DNA of 64,000 nt, taken from NCBI GenBank assembly GCA_934149365.1, contig CAKPEI010000007.1:126-64125 (forward strand), in the 5' to 3' direction. The notes under the pieces were generated by a model. That model did no database searches and was not told the origin of the DNA. It worked only from the letters and a program-made list of their open reading frames with translations. The stretch is from an uncultured Clostridia bacterium. GTDB taxonomy: Bacteria; Bacillota; Clostridia; TANB77; CAG-465. Made by a program: the position numbers and the translations under genes. This document shows, in pieces, positions 18,541 to 28,370 of the stretch (positions are counted from its first letter, which is position 1; each line of letters starts with the position of its first letter).

Positions 18541-19230
18541 GTGAAAAAAATAGGAAATGTTTTATGGGGACTTGTTATAATAGCGCTTGGTGTTGTTATA
18601 GCAACAAATGAATTAGGAATAACCGATATTGATTTATTTTTTGATGGTTGGTGGACTTTATTTATAATAGTTCCTTGTTTTATAGGGTTATTTAGCGAAA
18701 GTGATAAAGCAGGAAATATTTTTGGCATAATTTTAGGTTTAGCTTTGTTTTTAGGTTGTCAAGGTGTATTAAAATTTGCTATGATAGGAAAACTTATACT
18801 TCCGTTAATTTTAGTTATAATTGGTTTTTCTATCATGTTTAGAGAAACTGTAAATAAAAAAATAAAAGATGAAATAAAGAAAGTAAATGAAAAAAATTCT
18901 AATAATAGCAAAACAGATTATTCAGCTATATTTTCTAAACAGGATGTAAAATTAGGAGAAGAACAATTTGAAGGTTCAAACATAAATGCTATATTTGGTG
19001 GTGCGGAATGTGATTTTAGTAAAATTAGTATAGCAAATGATGTGGTAATAAATGTTACCGCTATATTTGGCGGAGTAGAAATATACCTACCTCAGAATGT
19101 AAACGTTAAAATAAAGCAAACTGCAGTATTTGGTGGAATAGAAAATAATAGGAAGCAAGATATAAACGGTGAAGGGACTACAATATATATTAATGCCACA
19201 TGTGTGTTTGGTGGTGTTGAGATTAAATAA
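18541..19230 (+). CDS. LiaF-like / DUF2154 membrane protein (cell-wall stress module-like)
   Basis: N-terminal TM helices plus a C-terminal beta-rich repeat of FGG.E. motifs. Confidence 0.4.
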   Translation: MKKIGNVLWGLVIIALGVVIATNELGITDIDLFFDGWWTLFIIVPCFIGLFSESDKAGNIFGIILGLALFLGCQGVLKFAMIGKLILPLILVIIGFSIMFRETVNKKIKDEIKKVNEKNSNNSKTDYSAIFSKQDVKLGEEQFEGSNINAIFGGAECDFSKISIANDVVINVTAIFGGVEIYLPQNVNVKIKQTAVFGGIENNRKQDINGEGTTIYINATCVFGGVEIK

Positions 19231-19523
19231 TGAAAGATAATTTGAGTAGATATAATGCGACAAGAAAAGTTTTAATATTTTGGTGCCTTTTTATTGGAAT
19301 AAGTGCAATATGGGGAAGTTTACTTATGTTTATTGACCCTACAGGGGGGTTGCTAAAAATGGATACACTTCTTCCATATTTTAAAGTTTTGCCATTTTCA
19401 GATATTTTGTATCAAAACTATATATTTCCAGGAATTGCTTTACTTATAGTAAATGGTGTAACCAATATTATAGCTAGTATTATGCTTATTAAGAAAAATA
19501 AATGTAGGAGTGAATATATATGA
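19230..19523 (+). CDS. hypothetical membrane protein
   Basis: 97 aa, 2-3 TM. Confidence 0.3.
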   Translation: MKDNLSRYNATRKVLIFWCLFIGISAIWGSLLMFIDPTGGLLKMDTLLPYFKVLPFSDILYQNYIFPGIALLIVNGVTNIIASIMLIKKNKCRSEYI

Positions 19524-19912
19524 AAGTTATAACTATAAAACAACCATGGGCTTCATTAATTGCAAAAGGATATAAGGAGTATGAATTTAGAACGTGGAAA
19601 ACTAAATACAGGGGAGACATTCTAATTCATGCAGGTAAGGGAATTGATAAAGAAGCATTGAAAAGGTTTGAAAAATATAATTTGGAATATCCACAGGGCT
19701 GTATAATAGCAAAAGCTAAAATTACAGACTGTATTCCAGTAGATGAAAAGTTTTTAAACATCATGATTTCAAAAAATAAAGATGTATATAAAGGAATGAA
19801 AAACTATCTAGACAAAAATGGATATGGGTTTAAGTTAGAAGATGTAGAAGAAATTACTCCTATTAAAATAAATGGAAAACTAAGTCTATGGGAGTACAAT
19901 TATAAAAACTAA
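19520..19912 (+). CDS. ASCH domain protein
   Basis: MKVITIKQPWASLIAKGYKEYEFRTWKT typical ASCH/PUA-like N-terminus. Confidence 0.7.
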   Translation: MKVITIKQPWASLIAKGYKEYEFRTWKTKYRGDILIHAGKGIDKEALKRFEKYNLEYPQGCIIAKAKITDCIPVDEKFLNIMISKNKDVYKGMKNYLDKNGYGFKLEDVEEITPIKINGKLSLWEYNYKN

Positions 19913-19941
19913 GATTATTAATGAGTTAAAAAGGAGAAATT

Positions 19942-20880
19942 ATGGAAAATATAATTGAGGTTAAAAATTTAACAAAGTCATATAAAAAACTAAAAGCAGT
20001 AGATGATTTATCTTTTTACGTAAAAGAGGGAGAAATATTAGGACTTCTTGGCCCTAATGGTAGTGGAAAATCAACAACAATAAATTGTCTATTATCACTT
20101 TTAAAATTTGAAAAAGGTAGTATAAAAATATTTGGTGAGGAAATGAAACCAAGTTCATATGATATAAAAAGAAATATAGGAGTTATATTTCAAGAAGTGG
20201 CTGTATTTGAAGAGCTTACTGTTTATGAGAATATCGATTATTTCTGTGGACTATATATAAAAGATAAAGAAAAAAGAAAAACATGCGTAGAAGAGGCAAT
20301 TAAATTAGTTGGAATAGAAGAATTTAAAAAATTCTATCCAAAACAACTATCTGGTGGACTACTAAGGAGACTTAATATTGCCTGCGGTATAGCACACAAA
20401 CCTAAATTGATATTTTTAGATGAGCCAACTGTTGCTGTAGACCCACAAAGTAGAAATAATATTTTAGATGGAATTAAAAAACTAAGAGATGAAGGAGCAA
20501 CTATTGTGTATACAACCCATTACATGGAAGAAGCTGAAATATTATGCGATAGAATAATTATATTAGATAAAGGAAAGATTATAGCCGAAGGAACAGCAGA
20601 TAAACTAAAAGAACTTGCCAATATAGAAGAAAAAATAACTGTAGAAATTAATTTGGAAGTAGAGGGTATTACAGAAAAAGTAAAAGAATTAAAAAATGTA
20701 GATAATGTTACTTTAAATAGAAATATATTAACAGTTACATATAAAAAAGGCAAAAATAATTTAGGAGATTTAGTAGATTATTTAAAGAGTAATAAAATAG
20801 CATATAGTAAGATATTTTCAGAAAGACCAACATTAAATGATGTGTTTTTGGAACTTACTGGAAAGGAATTAAGAGATTAA
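19942..20880 (+). CDS. ABC transporter ATP-binding protein
   Basis: Walker A GPNGSGKST, signature LSGGLLRR, Walker B LIFLDEPT. Confidence 0.9.
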   Translation: MENIIEVKNLTKSYKKLKAVDDLSFYVKEGEILGLLGPNGSGKSTTINCLLSLLKFEKGSIKIFGEEMKPSSYDIKRNIGVIFQEVAVFEELTVYENIDYFCGLYIKDKEKRKTCVEEAIKLVGIEEFKKFYPKQLSGGLLRRLNIACGIAHKPKLIFLDEPTVAVDPQSRNNILDGIKKLRDEGATIVYTTHYMEEAEILCDRIIILDKGKIIAEGTADKLKELANIEEKITVEINLEVEGITEKVKELKNVDNVTLNRNILTVTYKKGKNNLGDLVDYLKSNKIAYSKIFSERPTLNDVFLELTGKELRD

Positions 20881-22064
20881 TGTTTTTTCATAATTTTAAA
20901 TATACATTAAAAACGTTATTTAGGAATAAAGCACTAATATTTTGGACTTTTGCCTTTCCAATAATATTAGGAACACTTTTTAAACTTGCTTTTTCTAATA
21001 TAGAAAACAAGGAAAAATTAGATATTATTGATATTGCTATTGTAAATGACCAAAACTTTGAGGATAGCCCAGTGTACAAGGAAGTTTTTAAAACCTTAGG
21101 TGACAAAGAAAGTGATGAATATATGTTTAATATAACATATACAGATAAGGAAACTTCTAAGAAGATGTTAGAAGATGAGAAAATTACAGGTTATTTAGTA
21201 TTCACAGATAAAAATAATGTAAAAATAACGGTGAATGAAAGTGGCATTAATGAAACAGTACTAAGGTATGTAGTAGATGAAATAGCTAGTAAAAAAGAGA
21301 TAATAGAAAACCTTGTGGAAAAGAAGGTAAGTGAAGAACTTGCTAAAGGAAATTTTGATATAAAATATGAAGAGATTTCTAGTAATATAACTTCAATTAT
21401 TCAAACAGACAATGTTAAATTAAATAATATATCAAATAAAAATATGAGTTATACAATGATAGAATATTATACGCTTATTGCTATGACAGCACTATATGGT
21501 TCAATGATTTCTCTTTTTGTTATAGACTATAAATTAGCCAATATGAATTCAGTGGGAAAAAGAACTTCAATATCTCCAATGAAAAAAGGACCAATGATTT
21601 TAGGAAGTTTACTTGCAAGTTATATTGTTCAAATAATTGGTTTGATACTACTTTTTGGTTATACTATATTTGTTATGAAAGTGGACTATGGGGATAACTT
21701 ACTACTAGTTTGTATTTTAGCACTTGCAGGTTCTCTTGCAGGTTTATCGTTAGGAGTAGCAGTTGGTACTTTGGTAAAATCAAATGAAAATACTAAAACT
21801 GGAATATTACTTGCCACTACTATGATTGGCTGTTTCCTATCTGGAATGATGGGTATAACTATGAAGTATGTATTAGATAAAAATGTACCTATACTAAATA
21901 AGATTAATCCTGCAAATATGATAACGGATGGCTTTTATTCTTTGTATTATTACAATACATTAGATAGATACTATTTTGATGTGCTAAGTTTAGTTGTGTT
22001 TTCTGCTATTATGATAATTATATCTTATGGCGAAATGAGGAGGCAGAAGTATGACAGTATTTAA
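20880..22064 (+). CDS. ABC-2 family transporter permease
   Basis: 6-TM ABC-2 permease topology, start overlapping the ATPase stop. Confidence 0.65.
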   Translation: MFFHNFKYTLKTLFRNKALIFWTFAFPIILGTLFKLAFSNIENKEKLDIIDIAIVNDQNFEDSPVYKEVFKTLGDKESDEYMFNITYTDKETSKKMLEDEKITGYLVFTDKNNVKITVNESGINETVLRYVVDEIASKKEIIENLVEKKVSEELAKGNFDIKYEEISSNITSIIQTDNVKLNNISNKNMSYTMIEYYTLIAMTALYGSMISLFVIDYKLANMNSVGKRTSISPMKKGPMILGSLLASYIVQIIGLILLFGYTIFVMKVDYGDNLLLVCILALAGSLAGLSLGVAVGTLVKSNENTKTGILLATTMIGCFLSGMMGITMKYVLDKNVPILNKINPANMITDGFYSLYYYNTLDRYYFDVLSLVVFSAIMIIISYGEMRRQKYDSI

Positions 22065-23193
22065 AACATTTTGGAAAGTAGTAAAAAAATATAAATTTGT
22101 AGTTATATTATATACAGTAATGCTAATTGGCTTTGGCGGAGTTAATATGTCAGTTAATAAATCAAATACTACTTTTACTGATAGTAAGCCAGATATCTTT
22201 ATTGCAAACCAAGATGAAAATATAGGAATTACTAAAAATTTGATAGAATACATGACAAAAAATGCAAATATAGTAGAAGTGGAGAATACAGAAGATGCTT
22301 TAGATGATGCACTCTTTTATAGAGATATCAGCTATGTTATATATATACCTGAAAATTACAGAAGTGATGTGTTAAATAAATTAAATCCTACAATTGATAT
22401 TAAAATAACTGGAGATTATGAAGCAAGCTTAGCTGAAATGATGCTAGGAAGATATGTAAATATTCAAAATACATATGTAAATAACATGGAAAACGAAGAT
22501 GAAATAATATCACAGATTAATAACACTATAGATAAAAAATCAGAAATTGAAATAGCATCTAAGATAGATGTAGGAAAAGCAGAAAAAATGGCAAGCTATT
22601 TTAACTTTTCAAGTTATAGTATTATGGCAGTAACTATATTTATAATATGCACGGTGCTATCAAGTTTTAGAAAAGAGCCGGTAAATAAAAGAATAATTAT
22701 AAGTAGTATGGACTATAAAAAGCATAATTTTTTGTTACTTGTTTCAAGTTTTATATTTTGTGTAATTGTTTGGGGAGCATATGTTGTACTTGCAATGGTA
22801 TTACTTGGAGACATAGTCTTATCTACAAATGGAATATTATATATAATTAATACTTTTGTATTTACAATATGTTGTTTAAGTATATCTTTATGTATAAGTA
22901 CAGTTGTAAAAAGCAAAAATGCAATAAATGGAATAATTAATGTTTTTGCACTAGGGTCAGCTTTTCTTTGTGGTGCTTTTATACCAACATATATGTTGCC
23001 AAGTAGTGTTTTAAAAGTAGCACATGTACTTCCAGCTTATTGGTATATAAATTCAAACAATAGATTAAAAACATTAGAGCAAATATCTTATGAAAAACTA
23101 CAACCTATACTCATTAATACAGTAGTGCTATTAGGATTTACAGTGCTGTTTATTATACTAAACAATATTATTTCAAAGAAAAAGCAAAAATAG
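22051..23193 (+). CDS. ABC-2 family transporter permease
   Basis: second permease, overlapping gene arrangement. Confidence 0.65.
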   Translation: MTVFKTFWKVVKKYKFVVILYTVMLIGFGGVNMSVNKSNTTFTDSKPDIFIANQDENIGITKNLIEYMTKNANIVEVENTEDALDDALFYRDISYVIYIPENYRSDVLNKLNPTIDIKITGDYEASLAEMMLGRYVNIQNTYVNNMENEDEIISQINNTIDKKSEIEIASKIDVGKAEKMASYFNFSSYSIMAVTIFIICTVLSSFRKEPVNKRIIISSMDYKKHNFLLLVSSFIFCVIVWGAYVVLAMVLLGDIVLSTNGILYIINTFVFTICCLSISLCISTVVKSKNAINGIINVFALGSAFLCGAFIPTYMLPSSVLKVAHVLPAYWYINSNNRLKTLEQISYEKLQPILINTVVLLGFTVLFIILNNIISKKKQK

Positions 23194-23320
23194 GTTAAAA
23201 TATATTTAAAAAAATTAGTTATACTAAATGATGTAACTAATTTTTTACTTTTTTATATAAAAACACTTGACTATCTTTACTAAATTTATTAAAATTTTTG
23301 AAAAAATGGAGGAGATAGTT

Positions 23321-24262
23321 ATGAAAAAAAGAGAAGATATATATAATTTGTATTGGTATTTCGCAGCGGAAAGACAAAACATTTTCTATAAAAAACTAAA
23401 TGGAGAAAAAGCGCCTTGGACTAATGATAGAATATTACAAGAGTACAAATTTTGTAATAGTTATAGAGCAAGTGATAGAGTGTCACAGTATTTGCTTAAA
23501 AATGTAATATATAACGGAAAAAAGTATAGTAAGGAAGATACAATATTTAGAATAGTACTATTTAAAATATTTAATAAAGAGGCTACGTGGGAGCTTTTTA
23601 TAGATGAACTAGGAGATGTTAAGTTAGATAATTTTGAATTTAAAAAGTATTGTAATATACTTCAAAAAGCCAAAGATAGAGGAGAAAAAATATATACAGA
23701 TGCATATATGTCTTGTGCTACTAAAGCGTATGGATATGATAAAAAACATGAAAATCATATTGCACTTATAGAAGAAATGTTTGTAAAGGACAAGTTACAA
23801 GATAAAATAATTAATTCAAAAACAATGGAAGAAGCTTTTAATTATATAAAAGGATATCCTCTTATTGGGGATTTTATGGCATATCAATTAATAACTGATA
23901 TAAATTATAGTGAGGCAGTTAATTTTAGTGAAATGGAATTTACTGTTGTAGGACCTGGCTCAAGAAGAGGGATAGCTAAGTGTTTTACTGATCTAGAAGG
24001 AATGAGTAAACAGCAGGTTATAATGTGGATGTGTGAACATCAGGAAGAAGAGTTTCAAAGATTAGGAATAAATTTTAAAAGCCTAGGTGGCAGAAAACTT
24101 CAATATATAGATTGTCAAAATTTATTCTGTGAGTTAGATAAATATTTAAGAAAAGCTAAGCCAGAACTTAAAAGTAATAGAACTAATATAAAGAAAAAGT
24201 ATGTACCTAAAAAAGAAAAAATAGATTATTTATATCCACCTAAGTGGAATATTGTAATATAA
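23321..24262 (+). CDS. putative DNA base hypermodification protein (alpha-glutamyl/putrescinyl thymine pyrophosphorylase-like family)
   Basis: N-terminal block YNLYWYFAAERQNIFYKKLNGEKAPWTNDRILQEYKFCNSYRASDRVSQYL resembles the aGPT-Pplase family. Start at the SD-preceded ATG 23321. Confidence 0.35.
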   Translation: MKKREDIYNLYWYFAAERQNIFYKKLNGEKAPWTNDRILQEYKFCNSYRASDRVSQYLLKNVIYNGKKYSKEDTIFRIVLFKIFNKEATWELFIDELGDVKLDNFEFKKYCNILQKAKDRGEKIYTDAYMSCATKAYGYDKKHENHIALIEEMFVKDKLQDKIINSKTMEEAFNYIKGYPLIGDFMAYQLITDINYSEAVNFSEMEFTVVGPGSRRGIAKCFTDLEGMSKQQVIMWMCEHQEEEFQRLGINFKSLGGRKLQYIDCQNLFCELDKYLRKAKPELKSNRTNIKKKYVPKKEKIDYLYPPKWNIVI

Positions 24263-24282
24263 CTAATTGTAACAAAAATGTA

Positions 24283-24524
24283 ACACAAAAAGTGTTGAAA
24301 AAAGAAATAATATACAGTAGAATAAAAATGTGAGAAAAATAACAAGAAAGAAAAAATAAATAAAAGAATATAGTAAAGTAAAAAAGTTTGTTATATAAAG
24401 TAGAATGTATAGCTAGCTTTTTTGCGTTTTAACTAAAAAATAAATCAAGGTATAATCATGATAGTAAATCATGTAAATATACAAAAAGTTTTGTTCAAAA
24501 GAAAAAATCAAGGAGGTAAAAAGT
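24283..24524 (+). promoter_or_regulatory. conserved leader module C preceding paralog p3
   Basis: TTGAAA(24295)-N17-TAGAAT(24318); atagctagcttttttgcg; ggtataatcatgatagtaaatcatg; SD aaggagg. Confidence 0.65.
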
Positions 24525-25718
24525 ATGAGAACAAAAGTTAAACTAAAAGGCGGAATATCATTAATAGTATTAGTAATAACAATAATAGTAATGATAATAC
24601 TAGCCGCAGCAATAATATTATCGCTATCAAACAGTGGAATAATAGGAAAGGCAAATAAAGCAAAGACAGATACAGACATATCAAATGCAAAAGACTTAGT
24701 GGCTATGGCTCATGCAGACTGGATGCTAGATGAGGCAAAGATAAAAGAGAACGATGATACAATAACATCATTTAGTAACTATGCAGAAAAGAAATTACAA
24801 GAAGCAGGATATAAAGTAGGAGCAGGAGAAGGAGCATATACAGTAACAGAAGATGGAGAAGTATATACAGGTCTAACAGAAACAGCAAGAACAGCAGTAA
24901 CATCTGGGATAAAAATAGGAGATGAAGTAAAGTATAGTGCAGTGCTAACAGCAAAAAGTACTACAACAGACGGAAGTGAACAAAGTGCAACAGGAGCAGC
25001 AGATAATGCGAAGAAACAAACAGTAAAAACAAACACAAGTTATACATGGAAATATATAGGCTTAGGAGAAGATGGAAGTTTACTTATAGCACCAGATATG
25101 ACAGGAGCAATAGGAGCAGACTATAAATTAACATTAAGAGATAAAGGTGGTTTTTTAAATGGGCCTAAGATGTTAAATACAGTATGTGATGCGCTATATA
25201 CAGTAGCTGGAAAAGGAAAAGCTCAAAGTATGAATATAGAGCTAGTAAATAAGTTATTAGAATATAATGGACCAAAGGGAATGTATTATGATGCAAGAGG
25301 AATTCAAGTAGAGACTGCAGAACCAAAAACAATAGGAGAAACGGGCTTAGTATCAAGTTTGGGCTCTAATACCCAAACACCAGATGGAAAAGAAATAAGT
25401 ACATATAAAATAGATTATTACTCTATAGCCAAAAAAGGGAAGGCAAGTAGAATAACTAAAGACACGGTAAGACAGAATCTAGTATATCAAGAAAATGAAT
25501 ATTGGCTTGCTTCTCCGTGTGTCTGGGCCAATGTTGACTTCGGCTGTGCGTTTTTCTTTGTACGCTACGTTATCTCTTCTGATGTGAACACGGTAAGCAT
25601 GTTCTATTCGGATGGCGGCTCTGATAGCTATACCTGTGTTATCCGTCCGTATGTTTCTCTAATATCTAATGTTCAGAAAACAACTGAAAATGGAAAAACA
25701 GTATGGACTTTGAGCTAG
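24525..25718 (+). CDS. pilin-like N-terminal anchor / hypervariable C-terminal domain protein, paralog p3 (intact)
   Basis: MRTKVKLKGGISLIVLVITIIVMIILAAAIILSLSNSGIIGKANKAK: basic leader, then G followed by a ~25-residue hydrophobic helix. C-terminal YWLASPCV...FFVRYV...VIRPYVSL. Confidence 0.75.
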   Translation: MRTKVKLKGGISLIVLVITIIVMIILAAAIILSLSNSGIIGKANKAKTDTDISNAKDLVAMAHADWMLDEAKIKENDDTITSFSNYAEKKLQEAGYKVGAGEGAYTVTEDGEVYTGLTETARTAVTSGIKIGDEVKYSAVLTAKSTTTDGSEQSATGAADNAKKQTVKTNTSYTWKYIGLGEDGSLLIAPDMTGAIGADYKLTLRDKGGFLNGPKMLNTVCDALYTVAGKGKAQSMNIELVNKLLEYNGPKGMYYDARGIQVETAEPKTIGETGLVSSLGSNTQTPDGKEISTYKIDYYSIAKKGKASRITKDTVRQNLVYQENEYWLASPCVWANVDFGCAFFFVRYVISSDVNTVSMFYSDGGSDSYTCVIRPYVSLISNVQKTTENGKTVWTLS

Positions 25719-25732
25719 GAACAAAACTAGGA

Positions 25733-25784
25733 AAAATGGGAGCTGGAGGGCTTTTTGCAGGGTGGCGTCAGCCTCCCATTTTTG
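25733..25784 (+). terminator. G+C-rich rho-independent terminator after p3
   Basis: aaaatgggag...ctcccattttt stem with an internal GC-rich loop and a T-run. Confidence 0.6.
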
Positions 25785-25853
25785 GAGGGATAAGATTTAA
25801 CAACCAATAAGAAAACCATATAAATTTCAAAATGAATTTATATGGTTTTTTTG

Positions 25854-26690
25854 TTAATTTCTTTTTTCTCTCTTTATAAGTTTTGCGTGAAGTACTGCAC
25901 GTTCAGTATCTTTATAACAAGTGGAAAGTGTTAATATGTAATCCTTTGCAGATACCTTTGTTTTAAAGTTATGCTGACTTCTTTTAAGAAGCATATTCGC
26001 AAAATTTAAAAATTCTTGGTCGCTACCAAAGGTTGTACTTAAGTAATCACTAGTAGTAGGAATATGGTATATGCTAAAGACTTGCCATAATGTATTTTCT
26101 GTTTCTGTAGATAGTTTTATTACATAATTTTCAGAGTTGTTTAACCAACCATTAGTAAATATATTTATTAAAGAGCCAAACATTGTTTTGTTAAGTCTTG
26201 AGTGACCATATATTATTGTGTTTTTATTTAAGTTTTTGATGTTATTCCTATAATCTAAGAAAATCCAACCTGCAGCATTATTTGTTTTATCAAAAGAATG
26301 TGTTAAATAATATTCATTATTGTCTACTTGAACAAATGGATAATTTATATTAGTACCATTTACTTGTATCCAACCAACAGTAGAAGAATTTTTTTCTTTT
26401 AATTTAGCAAAATCTACATTGATTAAGTTCATTTCTATAAAATCCCAGTAAGGATCATCTTTACTTACTTCTTCTTGTTCTATTATTTCTGTATTTTCAC
26501 TATCTTGTACTTCACTTACGTCATTGATTTTTTCTATGTTTTGCTCAACATTTTTGGTTTTACCATTGTCTAAAAACCATTTAACTATATATATACTAGA
26601 AAGTACAATTAATAATGAAAAGAAACATATTAATATTATATTTATTTTCTTTATTTTTCTGTTTTTTTCTTGTTTTACTGCTTTTCTCAT
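25854..26690 (-). CDS. srtB: class B sortase
   Basis: IYGHSR (His), TLSTCYKD..R (Cys/Arg) catalytic triad spacing, N-terminal signal-anchor, NNEYYLTHSFD block. Confidence 0.75.
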   Translation of the reverse strand: MRKAVKQEKNRKIKKINIILICFFSLLIVLSSIYIVKWFLDNGKTKNVEQNIEKINDVSEVQDSENTEIIEQEEVSKDDPYWDFIEMNLINVDFAKLKEKNSSTVGWIQVNGTNINYPFVQVDNNEYYLTHSFDKTNNAAGWIFLDYRNNIKNLNKNTIIYGHSRLNKTMFGSLINIFTNGWLNNSENYVIKLSTETENTLWQVFSIYHIPTTSDYLSTTFGSDQEFLNFANMLLKRSQHNFKTKVSAKDYILTLSTCYKDTERAVLHAKLIKREKRN

Positions 26691-26829
26691 AAAATCACCT
26701 ACTTTTAAATTATATCATAATAAGTATGTGTTTTGTATATATACTTTGAAATTATTTAATTTTATAGTATAAAAAGGTTTAAATAGCATTAAATTTAATG
26801 TATAATGTAGAGGTGGGAGGAAGGTATAG

Positions 26830-27402
26830 ATGAATAATATTTTAGAAATAACAATGATAATATCAACAATCATATATTCATATTTATTAATTTATCTAAA
26901 AAGACCGGCCTTTGTATTTGGAGTGATTTCCTCTGGAATAATGGCGTATTTACTTTTTTCCTCACATATATATATACAAGCTGTATTACATTGTATTTAT
27001 GTAGTTATGTATATATACTCATTTTTCTATTGGGGCAGAAAAATTCCACCCAGTATTTCGAATATTACCCAAAAGGAGTTAATACTTAGTATAGTATATA
27101 TAGTAAGTTTTACTGGAATAATGGGATATGCCTTTTCGGCAATATCAGAAGTTTATCCATATATAGACGCATTTAGTGCTGGTTGTTCTATGGTAGCTGT
27201 TTTTTTACTTAGTAAAAAGGTTATAGAACATTCATATATATTTATAATTTCAAACATTGCATCAATGGCTGTATGTTATATGACAAAAAGTTATGCCACG
27301 ATATTAACTTTTGTTATATATATGATTTTTAATATTATACGAGTGTACGTTTGGGAGAGAAATACTGACAAAAAATATGTAAAATGGGGGGTAAAAAAAT
27401 GA
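26830..27402 (+). CDS. polytopic membrane protein (possibly PnuC-like nucleoside transporter)
   Basis: 190 aa, ~7 TM; weak resemblance only. Confidence 0.3.
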   Translation: MNNILEITMIISTIIYSYLLIYLKRPAFVFGVISSGIMAYLLFSSHIYIQAVLHCIYVVMYIYSFFYWGRKIPPSISNITQKELILSIVYIVSFTGIMGYAFSAISEVYPYIDAFSAGCSMVAVFLLSKKVIEHSYIFIISNIASMAVCYMTKSYATILTFVIYMIFNIIRVYVWERNTDKKYVKWGVKK

Positions 27403-28355
27403 TAGAAATATTTAAAACTAACGATAATTTAAGAAAAATAGAAAAAGTAGATAAAATAGAAAAAGGAGTTTGGATAAATTTATATAGTCCTACTCATGAA
27501 GAAATAGAATATATTATATCAAAAACGGGCGCAGATAGAGGTTTTATAGAAAACTCACTAGACCAAGAAGAAAGGTCACATATAGATACAGAAGATGATC
27601 AAGTGCTAGTTTCTATAAATGTGCCAGTAAAAGAAATGACTGCAAAACAAACAAGAGTGAAAAGATATACAACCATACCTCTTGGTATGATTATAATAAA
27701 AGATGACTATATTTTAACAGTATCTTCTGAAAAGTTAGAAGTACTAAACAGTATAACAAGTGAAAGAATTATATTAGGTGAATTTGCAACATATAAAAAA
27801 TCAAGAATTATATTTCAAGTACTATACAAGGTTGCAGAGGAGTATATAGGCTTTTTGGACATAATAAACAAAGATATTGAAAAGTTTGAAGAAAAGCTAG
27901 AGAAGACTATGCAAAATAAAGAATTGATGAAATTAATACATTTCCAAAAAAGTATGATATATTTTGATGCAGCTTTAAAATCTAACCAGTCAGTTATGGA
28001 AAGATTAAAGAGAGGCAAAATAATAAAACTATATGAAGAGGATGAAGATATACTAGAAGATGCAGCAATTGAAAATAGACAAGCTATGGAAATGGTTACT
28101 ACATATAGTGAAATCTTAAATGGAATGATTGAAGTATTTGGAACAATGGTATCAAATAACCTTAACTTAGTAATGAAATTCTTGACTTCAATAACAATTT
28201 TAATATCAATTCCCACACTTATATCTAGCATATTAGGAATGAACGTAACATTCCCATTTATGACAAATGTATTTGGCTTTTGGATGGTTATGTTTATCTC
28301 TATTTTAGCTACTATATTGACGTGGTCATACTTAAAGAAAAAGGATTTAATGTAA
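27399..28355 (+). CDS. corA: magnesium/cobalt transporter CorA
   Basis: GMN motif (ILGMNVTFPFM) followed by 2 C-terminal TM helices. Confidence 0.9.
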   Translation: MIEIFKTNDNLRKIEKVDKIEKGVWINLYSPTHEEIEYIISKTGADRGFIENSLDQEERSHIDTEDDQVLVSINVPVKEMTAKQTRVKRYTTIPLGMIIIKDDYILTVSSEKLEVLNSITSERIILGEFATYKKSRIIFQVLYKVAEEYIGFLDIINKDIEKFEEKLEKTMQNKELMKLIHFQKSMIYFDAALKSNQSVMERLKRGKIIKLYEEDEDILEDAAIENRQAMEMVTTYSEILNGMIEVFGTMVSNNLNLVMKFLTSITILISIPTLISSILGMNVTFPFMTNVFGFWMVMFISILATILTWSYLKKKDLM

Positions 28356-28370
28356 GAAAGAGAGGAAGAT

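Noticed and set aside
25741-25775. G+C-rich element (gctggagggctttttgcagggtggc, also at 40175..40200) as a candidate DGR template repeat or homing hairpin
   Set aside because: It has no similarity to the variable-core flanks. It lies ~110 nt past the core and after the stop codon. It folds as the stem of an ordinary intrinsic terminator.
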